Origin: Paraphysomonas bandaiensis
Lineage: Eukaryota; Protista; Chrysophyceae
Direction: 5' to 3'
NCBI GenBank assembly: GCA_965644295.1
Contig: CBFFRP010000115.1
Coordinates: forward strand, 70,754 to 134,753
DNA length: 64,000 bases
In this document: positions 49,045 to 61,601 of the stretch, one piece after another
How the letters are laid out: the number at the start of each line of letters is the position of its first letter
How positions within the stretch are numbered: position 1 is the first letter of the stretch
The notes under the pieces: model-generated
The model's input: only the letters and a program-made list of their open reading frames with translations
The model's database searches: none
What the model was told of the DNA's origin: nothing
Position numbers and translations under genes: made by a program

Positions 49045-49566
49045 ATGCAACGTACTGTCAATAATGAAGACATTCTTCTGGATATGTTCTCAGCAAGAAA
49101 TGGCAACGATGCATTCCGCAGGAGCAACAAGCCCTCTCAATCACATAAACCCATGAAAACTATTTACGAAGTTGAAGATGCTGCTGATGAACAGAAAAAA
49201 GTTACGAAGCATACAAGAAGACTGACGTTCTCTGGGATCCGCACATCCCCTCCACAGTTTCTTTCCACTTTACCACGCTCTAAAAGTGAAAGAAATGGTA
49301 GAGACAGAGTGTTAGGACGTATGGTCAATAAAACTGTTGGCGGTTTATATCGCCACGATGATCCAGATACAGATACACGGACTTGCGGACATGGTGTTGA
49401 AAGACAGTCCCATATCGGATCGACTGTAGTCAACAATTTAGACCCACAGAAAAAACGTAACAGACGGTCATCTGTGCGACAGCGCATTCGTCGCATCAGC
49501 GGTAGAGACCAACTTCTCAGGCGTATGTTTTCTGGAGCCAGAGTGGTACCCATTCTTCGTGAATAG
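49045..49566 (+). CDS. Small basic, probably disordered protein (173 aa)
   Basis: Intact intronless ORF with internal repeats GRDRVLGRMV and GRDQLLRRMF. Confidence 0.65.
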   Translation: MQRTVNNEDILLDMFSARNGNDAFRRSNKPSQSHKPMKTIYEVEDAADEQKKVTKHTRRLTFSGIRTSPPQFLSTLPRSKSERNGRDRVLGRMVNKTVGGLYRHDDPDTDTRTCGHGVERQSHIGSTVVNNLDPQKKRNRRSSVRQRIRRISGRDQLLRRMFSGARVVPILRE

Positions 49567-50615
49567 AAATATCGACTTTAAAGTGACCATTGTATGGTCT
49601 ATATATACATGTATAAAGTTTCAGTTTTTAACCATTTCATTGTAGTGACGTCACCTTCGGGTCACTATCGTTTTATCGATGCAGTAGAATTACAGATTTT
49701 TCTATAAATATTTTTACGAAAATGTAAAATATAATTGTATGACATATTCTTGAGGCTCTATGTACTCTTGATAATACCAGTATTGAGTACGCGCGGAATT
49801 TCTTGGCAGCAACGATGTACATGCTCATTCCTACATTTCTACTCTTTTCGCACACCGCTCATTATAGTTTTAAACACCAATGACTCGGTACGCTCCTTGC
49901 TAGCACTGGGGAACAAAATACTGCATATAGTATTTGTCGTCCTATTCACTATTCACTATAATACTCATGCTCAATGCTATAGCTTATATGCCATGTATTG
50001 ACGACATTTAGTTAATTAGTAACCGGTATTATTTACATTAGTATTATATGCAATAATAATAAAAGCACATTAAAATGACTGTCAAAATCATAATTAATAA
50101 AAGTTAACTTCGTTTTCACACCAAATAATAGAGTTTTATGTCCATAGTCTACAGTCTATATTATCCCTGTGATTTTGAATTTTGAACCCTATTCCCTACT
50201 CAGGTTAAAAAAAAGTGGGAATAATTAAATATAGGTCCAATAATTTATTTGTTTTTGTATACGTTTTATAATTTAAGTAAAATACACGTTTCGCCACAAC
50301 ATTTCAGAATTTGTAACTATGTTATTCCCTTTCTGATATATTTCTTGACATGTCATCGATCATAGATACATGGAAGTTGTGCTTGTTGTGTATGGAGGAG
50401 TAACTATTATTAAATGTAAAATGTACATGTCATGTTTCAAACAGAATAGTATACTACGTTGACAGTGTACTCTATGCACTCTTAATATGCGATAATACGC
50501 TGATCCTAGCCCTCACGGAAACACAAGAAGCAAATCACAAACATCCATATATCTAATTCATCAGTCCACATATACAAACATGGAATATACATACTGACAA
50601 CGTTACTTCGACTAA

Positions 50616-52205
50616 TCATAATTCAATACTTGACTTTCTAAAGCAATTGTAGTACACTACTAGCAATGGAAATTCACTACAGAGAGATTCCACAGCTGGA
50701 CCAGTGACTTTCGGACAAAAGCTCACATCTAACACCTTAAGAGCCGGACATCCATAGGCCAGAGCCTCAACTCCAGCATCTGTCAGCATATCACACTCAC
50801 TAAGATGAAGGACACTTAATTTCGGGCAGCCATACGCAAGAGCTGCAGGAGTTTCATCCGTAAGAGTTCGGCATTCACTTAAATACAAAAACCTCATGCA
50901 GGGGGATGAGTGAGCCAAGGTGGCAGGTGTGGCATCTGTTATACCACTACATCTTCTGACGTCAAGAGTGGACATGTTCGGGTTCGATTGGAGCGCAGCA
51001 CACAGACCCTCATCCGTGATATGCCTAAGGCCTGATAAATATAAGGCATTTAACGCACAGCAGTAAGTAGATATCGACTTCATTGCAACGTCAGTGAGCT
51101 TGTTACACCATGCAAGACTTAGTGATTCTAGTGCAGGACAGGCGCTCAGTATACCATCGAGAGTGGAATCAGTTAATTTTCGACATTCCATGAGTGATAA
51201 ATGTGTCAAATTCGGTAAATTAATGACAGCACGAGTGTCCACAACACCACGACAATAACTTAAATTAAGGTATGACAGCGAGGGATAGCTAGAGCATATC
51301 AAAGGCAGTATTGATCTTGTCAACCGAATGCACCCGGATAAGTTAAGATGCTTTACACGAGAGCATTCTGCACCGAGAACTTCTACAGTACTGTTAGTAA
51401 GATTCCTACAATCGGAGAAGTCAACACGTGTTAGGTTCCTACAGTGAGATAGAACTGGATTAACCCCGGTATCAGTGAGTCGACAGCATCCAGACATACT
51501 AATCTCACTTAAATAGGGGCTGCACCTGCTACGAATCGCACTACATGTGTCATCTCCCTCAGATGGATGCATATAAAATCTACCGAGAACTACACCCCGA
51601 TTACTAATCCACGCAACACAAGAACTGGTAATGGGATTCGTTGGGTATAGAATAACACCTTGAAATGTATTCAAAAACTCCTTGCGAATTGTATGACTAG
51701 TGTGCGCTACATCCAGTCTGCTTAAGTCACACATAGATAAATAGCGGTATATATAAACACTTGTGGTGGGCTTTTGCAGGAGTGAGAGAAGGGGGGAAGG
51801 CGGGGGCGACTCGTCAACAGGTAAACCAAATAAGGAGGCTAATGATGGCCTTTTAGAACTGAGTCGACGAACGAGGGACTTTCTTGGATTGTTTTCTTTT
51901 TCATGGATACTTTCGGTACTAGACGCTCGCCTTGAACTCATTCGTCTAGCAAATGATTCACGTTGTCCGCTAGATTCTACAGAATGCCGTTCACTAAGTC
52001 GTTTCACTAGAGAGCCTCGAGGTCCAGAGTCAGTTTTATCTGGAGAAGAAGAGGATAAAGATTTCTTTGAGTGTTGTTGATCGTTACGTCGTGTCTCCTG
52101 ATTGTCATAAGTGGTATCCGTTATCTTAGATTCCACTTCAGCTGTGTCCCCTAAAGATACAGGAATCGCATCTAAAGAAGCTGCTGAAGATGATCCACAC
52201 CCCAT
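50616..52205 (-). CDS. F-box-like / cysteine-containing LRR protein with N-terminal myristoylation-palmitoylation signal
   Basis: MGCGSSS start and about 11 LxLSxCxxLTD repeats. Intronless. Confidence 0.88.
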   Translation of the reverse strand: MGCGSSSAASLDAIPVSLGDTAEVESKITDTTYDNQETRRNDQQHSKKSLSSSSPDKTDSGPRGSLVKRLSERHSVESSGQRESFARRMSSRRASSTESIHEKENNPRKSLVRRLSSKRPSLASLFGLPVDESPPPSPLLSLLQKPTTSVYIYRYLSMCDLSRLDVAHTSHTIRKEFLNTFQGVILYPTNPITSSCVAWISNRGVVLGRFYMHPSEGDDTCSAIRSRCSPYLSEISMSGCCRLTDTGVNPVLSHCRNLTRVDFSDCRNLTNSTVEVLGAECSRVKHLNLSGCIRLTRSILPLICSSYPSLSYLNLSYCRGVVDTRAVINLPNLTHLSLMECRKLTDSTLDGILSACPALESLSLAWCNKLTDVAMKSISTYCCALNALYLSGLRHITDEGLCAALQSNPNMSTLDVRRCSGITDATPATLAHSSPCMRFLYLSECRTLTDETPAALAYGCPKLSVLHLSECDMLTDAGVEALAYGCPALKVLDVSFCPKVTGPAVESLCSEFPLLVVYYNCFRKSSIEL

Positions 52206-52524
52206 ATTTAATACACCACCACAAGAAGCTTCAAACAAGTGTCCAATGAGAAGATATTACTATATAACAGTATTCAGATATACAGTCTGAATTAATAGTA
52301 TGCTACGCATAAATATAAGATAGAGAACCCCACCTCCACGAGAGATAATATACTCAGGTGTTAGGAACAATGTGTTTATATGTATGTGGTGTGTGAGTGA
52401 GGTTTGGATATGATCCTACTCTGCTGTGATGTATAGTTATGAGATGGCAAGAGTCATGTATACAGCTGACATACACGCCTGTATGCACAGTATTGTATGT
52501 CAACGGAAACCATGTACAGTAATC

Positions 52525-52708
52525 TATGTATGTATGTATGTATGTATGTATGTATGTATGTATGTATGTATGTATGTATGTATGTATGTATGTATGTATG
52601 TATGTATGTATGTATGTATGTATGTATGTATGTATGTATGTATGTATGTATGTATGTATGTATGTATGTATGTATGTATGTATGTATGTATGTATGTATG
52701 TATGTATG
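52525..52708. repeat. (TATG)46 microsatellite
   Basis: 184-bp perfect tetranucleotide run, degenerate out to ~52745. Confidence 0.98.
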
Positions 52709-52860
52709 TGTGTATGTATGTATGTCTGTATGTGTATGTGTGTGTGGGTTGTGTAGGTGTTTCCTCTGCTCTTGTTATTTCTCGTCATATTTATTAGTCT
52801 TCTCTGTCTACGTACCATAAACCTCTTGACAACACTGTATATCACCCTCACAACAATAAC

Positions 52861-53572
52861 ATGCAGCAACTCAAATCAGCTATTGACTTCTACATGCCTG
52901 TGGTCAAACTAAGCCACCGCAATACAGTTTGCCGCCTCTATAGACGTGCTCTAAGAGAGTGTTTTAATTGGGCAGAGTGCCGAGAAATGTTCATCGACGA
53001 AGCCACTGAAGTACGCGCTCGATTTGATGCTAATAAAAATGCAGGTAAGAAATAAATCAGTCACTGATTCATATTTTTTTATTTATATGTGTGTATATAT
53101 AATTCGGAGTGATAGATATAGACGTATATGTGTTTTATGGGGTTTATGTACAGGACTTGCTGAAAGTAAACGCCTAATTAAAGAAGCTGAAGAAGAGCTG
53201 TTGTATCACAAGCACCCTGATCCTTATGTAAACCCGCATATGCCTGGGGGAAGTTCATTCATGAGAAACCCCGCTGTGCCCCTGGAAGTAGTCTACCCGT
53301 CCGGTATTCCCGATCACTACAAGAGGTATGTTTAAAACTTAACATGCTCATTTCTAGTGGAATATGTGTTTAAGTCAATGTCTACTTCTTCTTTAAATGT
53401 AAAATTGCTTTGGCTTCGTTCGATTTAAAATGTTGGAAACTGGAGATTAATATTGTTTCGCAGACGTCAATTGAATATTGACATGTCGTACGTGAAGGAA
53501 GGTCAAAAATATGCCGACAAGAACTTTGTAGACTTTGTCAACAAGGAATACTGGATTGAGCGCGGGTCTTGA
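52861..53572 (+). CDS. NDUFB9: Complex I LYR subunit B22 (NDUFB9), 3 exons
   Basis: VCRLYRRALR..W..R..F..EA..RARFDANKN and HPDPYVNPHMPGGSSFMRNP. Confidence 0.92.
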
Positions 53573-54959
53573 ACCTACCTAGTTGTGTAATCATATCTCT
53601 ACAAAGCCGTGTGAAACGCATGCACCTGTTTGTTAGGTTGGATACATTGATACACGGGTTCGTAAGTCAATTACACCAAAAACTGTGACAATAAGAAAGT
53701 TTAATAAATATGCATTCAGTAGTTACCTGATTTTCTAAATTTATATGTTGTTGCAGCTTCCATTTTGAGGGAAGACAAGTTGCAACTGCGACTGAAGTGC
53801 GAGGAAATCTCCATTCTGAGTTACTTTTACTCAATTTAGCTGTAAATACCAAAAATTTCAATTCATGAGCGAATTTAAACAATGTATATACTTTAAACAA
53901 TATATTTCAAGCAGGGATAATGAACAATATACTGTTAATTGATAGGGTCCCATCTATAATACTGAATACTGATGGAGTAATTAATGTTGAGTTTTGCTGT
54001 TTGAGCAATTAAAGCTGCAATTCTAAGGTATTGGAATTATGACCGTTAGTCGAGGAACACAGCAGTGGTAAACAGTATTATGAGAACTAACAATATGATA
54101 GCTACTGTAGTAATTAGTAATGAAACTGAATATAATATATTGATCATGCAAGATAGCAAGATAGTGACGATGTACGATGTAAGATCGTACGAGAAATGAT
54201 TGGTCGTAGTGATAACATGAAATTGATTATTATAATTTATAATAACTATGACAAGATTAATGAGTGAATACACGTCTAGTTAACTTAGTAAGTCATCCAA
54301 TTACAATTAAAACTGCCCAACAAGGACTCATTTACAATATATTAGTGTTATTAATCACTACTTAAAATTAAAATCACATGCGTAGATTTCATTTTTAGTA
54401 CTAGCCATCAAGAGTGCCCCATTCCGTGTGCGTACCTGTAGAGTACAGAAATATCTGAATATTCTGTTCAGAGAATGAAGAAGAGCGGATTCCTGTCTAT
54501 GCTACTTGAGCCCAATGTTGAGTGTTGCTGTTTGAGAGCAATGAAAAGCTGTAGAATACAAAGTGGTTAACTGTATTATAAGAACTAATGTCATATATAT
54601 TGTAGCAATCGTAGTAGTAAAACTGAAATATATTGACGGTATAAGTTCGCGACATCTAAGGTTGTATAAAAATGATTGGTAGTTGAGGCAATGTTCTACG
54701 CGTGTTTTAATGTTACTTTGTTCTAAAATATTACTTGAGTAGTTTACAAGAATTTTTATAGTTCCCCATTCCGAGTGTGTGCCCTAGTACACTGCTAGTG
54801 TTAATTAATGTTATATGTTCTACTCGACAATAATTCAAGACTGGGTTTCCGTTTACTTGTTGATGAGAAATTAGATATACTATAATGTTGTGACTAGTCA
54901 GATATTTCAACCATTCAGACGAGGTTTAACCTTCCACGTTAAAATATAAATAACTATAT

Positions 54960-55407
54960 CAGGGCCTGGTAACCATTAATAGTAGTCCACTTTCCGGCAA
55001 TTAGAGATAGCGTGGTGCTCCTTAATTACTAATCTTAATCCCTTAAATAACAGTTTACGAATAGTAACTACACATCATCAGTATGTTGTTCCTCAGAAAA
55101 CAATTTTCTAACTCATATAGCACAAAGTTGCCACAAAGTAGCTGTAAAGCGGCATCATCATGAACATTACTTAGAGTTTCTTCGGAGTGTAGGGTATAGG
55201 CTATAGAGGAGGAGACACTATATCATAAAAACACTTTATTCTACATATTATAGCATATATCAAGTACCAGTAAGTATTGAGTAAGCTCTGCAGTTCCCAG
55301 TAAGTATTAAGTATAATGCCATAAATGAAAAATGTCCCGGCAATTGTATAGTGGCATTACCATTAATGGCTATTAATGTCATTACTATTAACTGTTAGCA
55401 GGCCCTG
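54960..55407. mobile_element. Longer member of the CAGGGCCTG hAT-MITE family
   Basis: Left end cagggcctggtaaccattaat and right end gttagcaggccctg. Subterminal aaaaatgtcccggcaatt..tagtggcatta is shared with the 36708 MITE. No TSD match. Confidence 0.65.
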
Positions 55408-55775
55408 CTGGTGAACTAGCTATAACAACTATAATATAACGAGTAATAGTCAACTCTTTTGTCAGGGAGGTACCATTTTGCTCTTAGACGATCAAAGTTG
55501 TACAAGTGCCACAGTTAAAATGTTTACTAAACGATTCGTACGGTACATTGTAAGCCTTAGTAAGGCTACCTTACTCATTACACATACGAACAGTATTGTG
55601 AAAAATATAATACACAGCCGTATCAATTGTATAGAATATTTTGCTGTTATAATTAGTCCTAGTATGTATTTTCATACTCTGACGAGATATAACTAGTTTG
55701 TTATTACACCGATTACAACCCACTGATTTCGTGGACACAATATAAGGTCATTCGTCACAAACACTTTCAATATAC

Positions 55776-58198
55776 TTACATCCCTCCAGATGAAAAGAGA
55801 ACCCTCAAAACACAACGTTTACTTGCTGTGGCACCACTAGTGTCATCCACCCCTAGAAGTTCTTCTTGCGTATCATCCACAAATAAGGCCTTATACTGTT
55901 CCAACTCGTCATGCGTATCATCATTATGTAATGCAGCACTACTCATTATTAAGTGCCCTGCATTAGTAGAAGTGTCACTTCCCATGTCGCTATGCATTAC
56001 ACTACGAATTGCATCCCATTTGGTCAAACCTAGCTTCCTACTAACGACGTGTACATTGACCTCTGACTCATTGGCAAAACAACCCTCTAGAACAAGAAAA
56101 CGTTTTATATCGTCGAGATGCGAATTCCTTGTCACCACATGCACAGAATATTTACCAGCAGCCTGTTTGTTGCATAGCTCACGCAGATATAAATCTACCG
56201 TGTGGCGAACTTGGTTTGTTATTTTCTTGGCACCATTATACTCATTCACTTTCCTCGAAATGGTGTCACCACTACGCTTTGCAACTCCCTCGTTATCAGA
56301 ACATTGAGTGGAGTCGTATCCTATGAGTGGATTCTCCCCACGCTTCGTTGTAGCTAATGTCGAATCAAAATCTAAGAACACCCAACGCAAGGATTTCATT
56401 CGTTCTGTAAGGTCTAAAACACCTTCACCATTGCAATATACAAGGCCACAGGCACTACAACCTGTGGTTCCACAGGATGTCTCATCTGCTCGCGACCCAT
56501 CACACACCAAGCATGCATTCTGATGTACACACCAAACACTGGCACCCGGGCATTTCCGTCTGGTTTTATGTCCATTACGAATTATGTGACCATTTGTTTC
56601 GCACGTTTCTGAAAGTCGTATGATCCATGGGCATTTTCCTTGAGCTCGCGAAATCCTTTCACACTGCATACAGACACACCTATGGCCATCTCGCTGGTTT
56701 ACCGTCACCCACAATTTAGCAAACTTGTGATGACAAATATGACACTCATGGGTCGCTTTTGCTTTAATGTAGCGACCTGATCGAGAGGGTTGAGGTGGCC
56801 AACTAAATGACGAGTTAGACAACAGATCTTGGTAATGTTGATCCGCCATGGACAAACTACACGTAATTACTCGTGGGCAGATGAACATATCCTTCAGAAC
56901 ACCTGAAAAGTATTATCACATAAAAACATGCACACTACGGAACTGGACAATAAATAATTCAGTAACGTACCAGCAGTCGCATCGGTTGTACCCTCTAAGG
57001 TACACATTAGTCCTCTATCCTTCCCATCACCTAGGCCATACAAATCTCACATCAACTATGACTATTCATATACACATGAAAAATGACTACATATTTCAAT
57101 AATAGCTACCTAGTATGTCAAAATACCTGCAGAAAATATTTTCTTATCAGGTGCTGTGAGGATTAGATGTATCGCAGTGATGGAAGCCTGGAGAATCGGT
57201 ACAATTCCTTCCATTACATTCCTATGCATATCACACCTTATCCTATGTTTAACATTCCCTTTCTCAGCAGTGACGTGATGATTCACCACAGAGGGCAATG
57301 AGAACACATGTATGAGTCTCTCCACTCTTACAGACAGATCTCTCAGTACCTGATGGAAGTGAGACAGTGCAGTACGGATGCGCATTGCTTTATATACTCC
57401 TCGAGCCACCAAACACAACTCAACATACTTTGCTACATGATATGGCATAGCATCAATGCTGTATATACTAGATAACAAATCTAAGAATGTCGAAGAGGGA
57501 TTCGTTAACGGTGCATAACTCAGATATGTGATAGAACTCGTTGATTGTGGTGGTAAAGTAGGCATATGTTCATCAGATTCCACTGAATTATACTGTAAAT
57601 CATATTCAAAATTCTCTGTTACAAATTCTTCAGCTTTAGATATGAGTCCATGAATGCCTAGTGAATCAGGTAATGCCGATAGGGCACTAGGATAGCATGT
57701 CTCATCAAGATCAGGATGTCTTGGAATACTGCATATATACTTCCCCATCTCTCTTATATCTAACAGAGTCCGTGAATGTCCCTTACAATACATAGTAGCA
57801 GCAGATAGATCCGTGTAGAGTATGTATGAAGGATCATCTTGAGGTGTATTGACAATATCACAAAAAAAAAGACTGCAATATCTTCGAAGTGAGGCATCGA
57901 TCTTCAGTATATGGTGATACATATGTAAGCATAGCTTCTTATAGTTGACTAATTCATTTCTAATAATAAAACACTTCTCAACTTCATATCTTTGACAAGC
58001 ATCTAGAACATTCCATAATAAAGTATTGGAAAGAACAATTTGAAGTTCAGTTTGTGTACTTTCAAATGATGAAAAACCAGAACATTGTAACGCATTTTCT
58101 TTGCATAAATCCAACACACATGGACCAGGTATATTTATCGTTTGTTGTCTTACATATGATTCGAATTCATGACTTGAAGTGATCATGATATTCTCCAT
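55776..58198 (-). CDS. ~750-aa protein: unknown N-terminal domain + Cys/His-rich region + HAD-like phosphatase; exons 58198-57127, 57030-56971, 56902-55776
   Basis: Two phase-1 GT-AG introns (96 and 68 nt) join the 362-aa and 370-aa ORFs in frame. HAD motifs FLDFDSTL, VVTRN, TK and LFVDD. Several CxxC pairs. Confidence 0.7.
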
Positions 58199-58838
58199 AA
58201 TTTATAGACAATTTGACGAAATTACTTAAAAATAATTCAAAATATTTTTAAAATTGATAAAATTCGTACAAAAAAAAAGTAATCAAGATGTTCATTCATA
58301 GTGTAAGACAGTGTATAGAAAATACATTCAGTAAGTACATTGAAATGTAGGCATTTGCATGGAGGATTGTAAGAGTTCATGGATGTTGTGTGTCCATGGC
58401 CCCTCTAGATGACGACCATCATACGTCTACTAATCATACGTATCTGTAGGGTTGGGAAGGTATTTTCGCACAACATGTAATTTTACACTTTGATGTAATT
58501 TTACACCGAGTTTTGATGTAATTTTACAGATCATCACCTCAATCTCAATTTTTACGAGTAGGAATTCCTAGTTGTAGGAATATAAAGTCTGCAAGCGACT
58601 ACGATATTACGTCATTATAGAATAGACAGTATTCCAGTGTATATACTGTGTATATATCACACATCACATGGTCCCTGGATCTTATCTTACCATGTAGCAC
58701 CATATGACCATATGACATACACAGCAGCACAAGCACTGCATCTGCTCTACTCGAGGAATTCCTAGCAGAGTTATATACATCACCCTGCACCTACATACAT
58801 ACATATATAATCATTACCTTTAACTCCTATCTATAACA

Positions 58839-59735
58839 ATGGCTAGATTCCTGATATGTTTTCTGCTTAGCGTTGCATACGCCTCTCCTCTTGCTAAACT
58901 ACAATCTCATCACTCCAACACACTCCTACCGAAATATTTCGATTCCATTAAGTTATCACCTTCAAAATCAACACTACGAGATGCTTCCCCATCGGGTTAT
59001 TTTATAGCAAATTTGTATTATTCAGGTGATACATGTGTTGGGGAAGCCGATATCGTTATGGGAACAGGGACAGATGTATGCTTTATTGGCTTCCAAAATA
59101 ATACAGCTGTTGGATCGCTTATTTACACACTTGGTAGTGTTGACGATAACATTATGGTTATTAACTATGATGTGTATTTTGACTCATTCAACTGCTCTGG
59201 AATATCTACTTCAGGCTCATTTAATACTCCTACTTCATGTGTGCCATCTGACGCAGACAACACAGCTTGGTCATACTCATACACTTCAAATAGTACTCCA
59301 TGGAAAGATTATGAAAACGGACTTATGCTTGAGTGAGTATTTAATACCCCTTTTTTGTATAAAAGAGTGATAGATATTCATGAGTAGATTCTACGATACC
59401 GCGAATCATTGCTCAGAATCTGGACTCGGTGGCATGTTCGCATGGTACAAACTAAATGCGTGTATTTCGACTACATCGGACGATGGATCTCAGGTGTCGT
59501 ACAGATTACAGTTTATATATGTCTTAATATTCTTGGAATATTATTTCAGGGTGCTTTCTCATTTGTTGCCTGTGGTTGGAATAAGTTTACCATGTATACT
59601 TTTTCAGATTTGCTGTGCTCCAATTATATGGATGCTTTTACGACCAATCTAGTAACTTGTATAGCCGAAGAAAACGATGACGACGATTTAACCCCTTATA
59701 ACTACGTAACGTACACATGCAGTGCTTCTGCGTAA
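58839..59735 (+). CDS. Secreted Cys/Tyr-rich protein, 3 exons
   Basis: Signal peptide MARFLICFLLSVAYA and repeated Y..Y....C.G modules. Confidence 0.8.
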
Positions 59736-60083
59736 AATCGACAAGTTCGCCCATCAACAACTTATAATACTTGAAAGCAATATGGTGTTATAGTTTCATT
59801 TTTATACCATCTATAGTAATAAGCGTATGTAATGCTTCACGAAAGTTGTATTGGTGTATGTCGTGACTGCGGTGTTGTAACAAAAGTAACTGGTAGTGGT
59901 CGCTCTTGTAGCGTTGTTGTAATGCCAAAGGACTGTAGATAGTAGATAGCTAGCAACGTATCATTCCACATGTAGAAACAAGGTTTCTTATATTAACGAA
60001 TTAAATTCTCTTTCTTGGAATGATAACTGGGCTCAGCTGCAAATAAACTATACTCCCAACGAAAGCTATGCTAGTAGACCAAC

Positions 60084-61075
60084 TTACTCGGAGAGTTCTC
60101 CAGATGACGTAATGCGGACTTCCTTAGATGGAGCACCAGATCTCGACCCTACTGCTTCAACGGCCTAATACATAGTAATATAAGCTGTTAAACAACGTCC
60201 GGTGAATACAAATGAAATGATCGTACCTTGACTACATCGTATCCTTCAAGGACTTTGCCCAATACGACGTGCTGTGTATGACTATTAGGACATCGGAAGT
60301 ATATATAAAATTTAAGACTATATCACCTTGCCATCCAACCACGGGGTTTTAACTGTGGTAATAAAAAACTGAGAGCCTTGAGTGTTCGGACCAGCTGCAG
60401 TGATTACGTATAAGGTATATTTCAAAGCAAACCTAAAGGGACCAACCGTTTGCCATGCTCAAATAACCAGGAGAAGTGTGCTTAATTTTAAAGTTCTCAT
60501 CGTCAAATTTTCCACCATAGATGCTCTCACCTCCGGTTCCAGATCCATGAGTGAAGTCTCCGCCCTGTTTATCCGACATCAACAATCCTATTTACAGTGA
60601 AAAAGGAACATATACTACCTGAATCATGAAATCCGGAATGACACGGTGAAACTTGCTTCCTTCATAGTGCAAGGGCTTGCCATAGACTTTACCAATTCCT
60701 AAGAAATAGTTAGCAATCATCACGCCCATGATTGGTACCATTCGCCACCTCAAACCATACCTTTCTCTCCAGTACACAAAGCCCGAAAGTTTTCTGCCGT
60801 CCGCGGCACAGTTTCACCAAAAAGACCCATCACAATACGCCCTGCAGGCTGTCCCCCGATACTGACATCGAAATACACCTACATAACATACATGACTATA
60901 TGCTTATATATAATAACCGTACTAACAGCGACTATACTATAGTTACTACATACATATATATATGTACCTTGTCAGTTACTTTCTCAAGATCCTTTTTCTT
61001 CTTTGCTGCATCAACTCCAAACCAGAGCACAGAGAGGCAACAAGCCAAGATTACAATATGTACAAACTTTGGCAT
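60084..61075 (-). CDS. Secretory-pathway cyclophilin (PPIB-like), 7 exons
   Basis: Signal peptide followed by [58 protein letters not shown] and WLDGKHVV. Confidence 0.96.
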
Positions 61076-61601
61076 CTTACTTATTCTGATCGATTAAGAT
61101 GTAGGTTAGGTGTGTTTATATATATACATATGCACACATACAGCAGGAGAGCTATGCACGCTGCATACTGCATACTGCCTGTATATACAGAGTAAACACA
61201 AAAAGAGTGTATTTTCGACATATATTTTCACTTTTTTATGGGTTTTACTCGTCATCACCATATATTTCCCCTCCAAAATATGTCCAAGAATATCTGGATA
61301 TCCATATACATGTTCGTACATCTTTTTTTCGGAAATTAATTGAAGCAAATATACTCTACATTACTGAAACACAACTACGTCTGGAATACAGATAATTGTT
61401 GTCTCCATATTAGAGGCATCTTTGAACAAAAATATACGAAGGATGCCGATACGTTACAGCACATGTCTCTACAGCTCTCTCTCTCTGTACTGTATATATG
61501 ATCATATATCCCGCCTGTTATATATAGATATCTATACACTATATATTCAGACCCCATTACATTACAACACCTAACAAAATCTCTTATTCAAACCAAACGA
61601 A

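Noticed and set aside
52354-52869. MYVC / HTYI repeat ORFs
   Set aside because: These are translations of the (TATG)n microsatellite.
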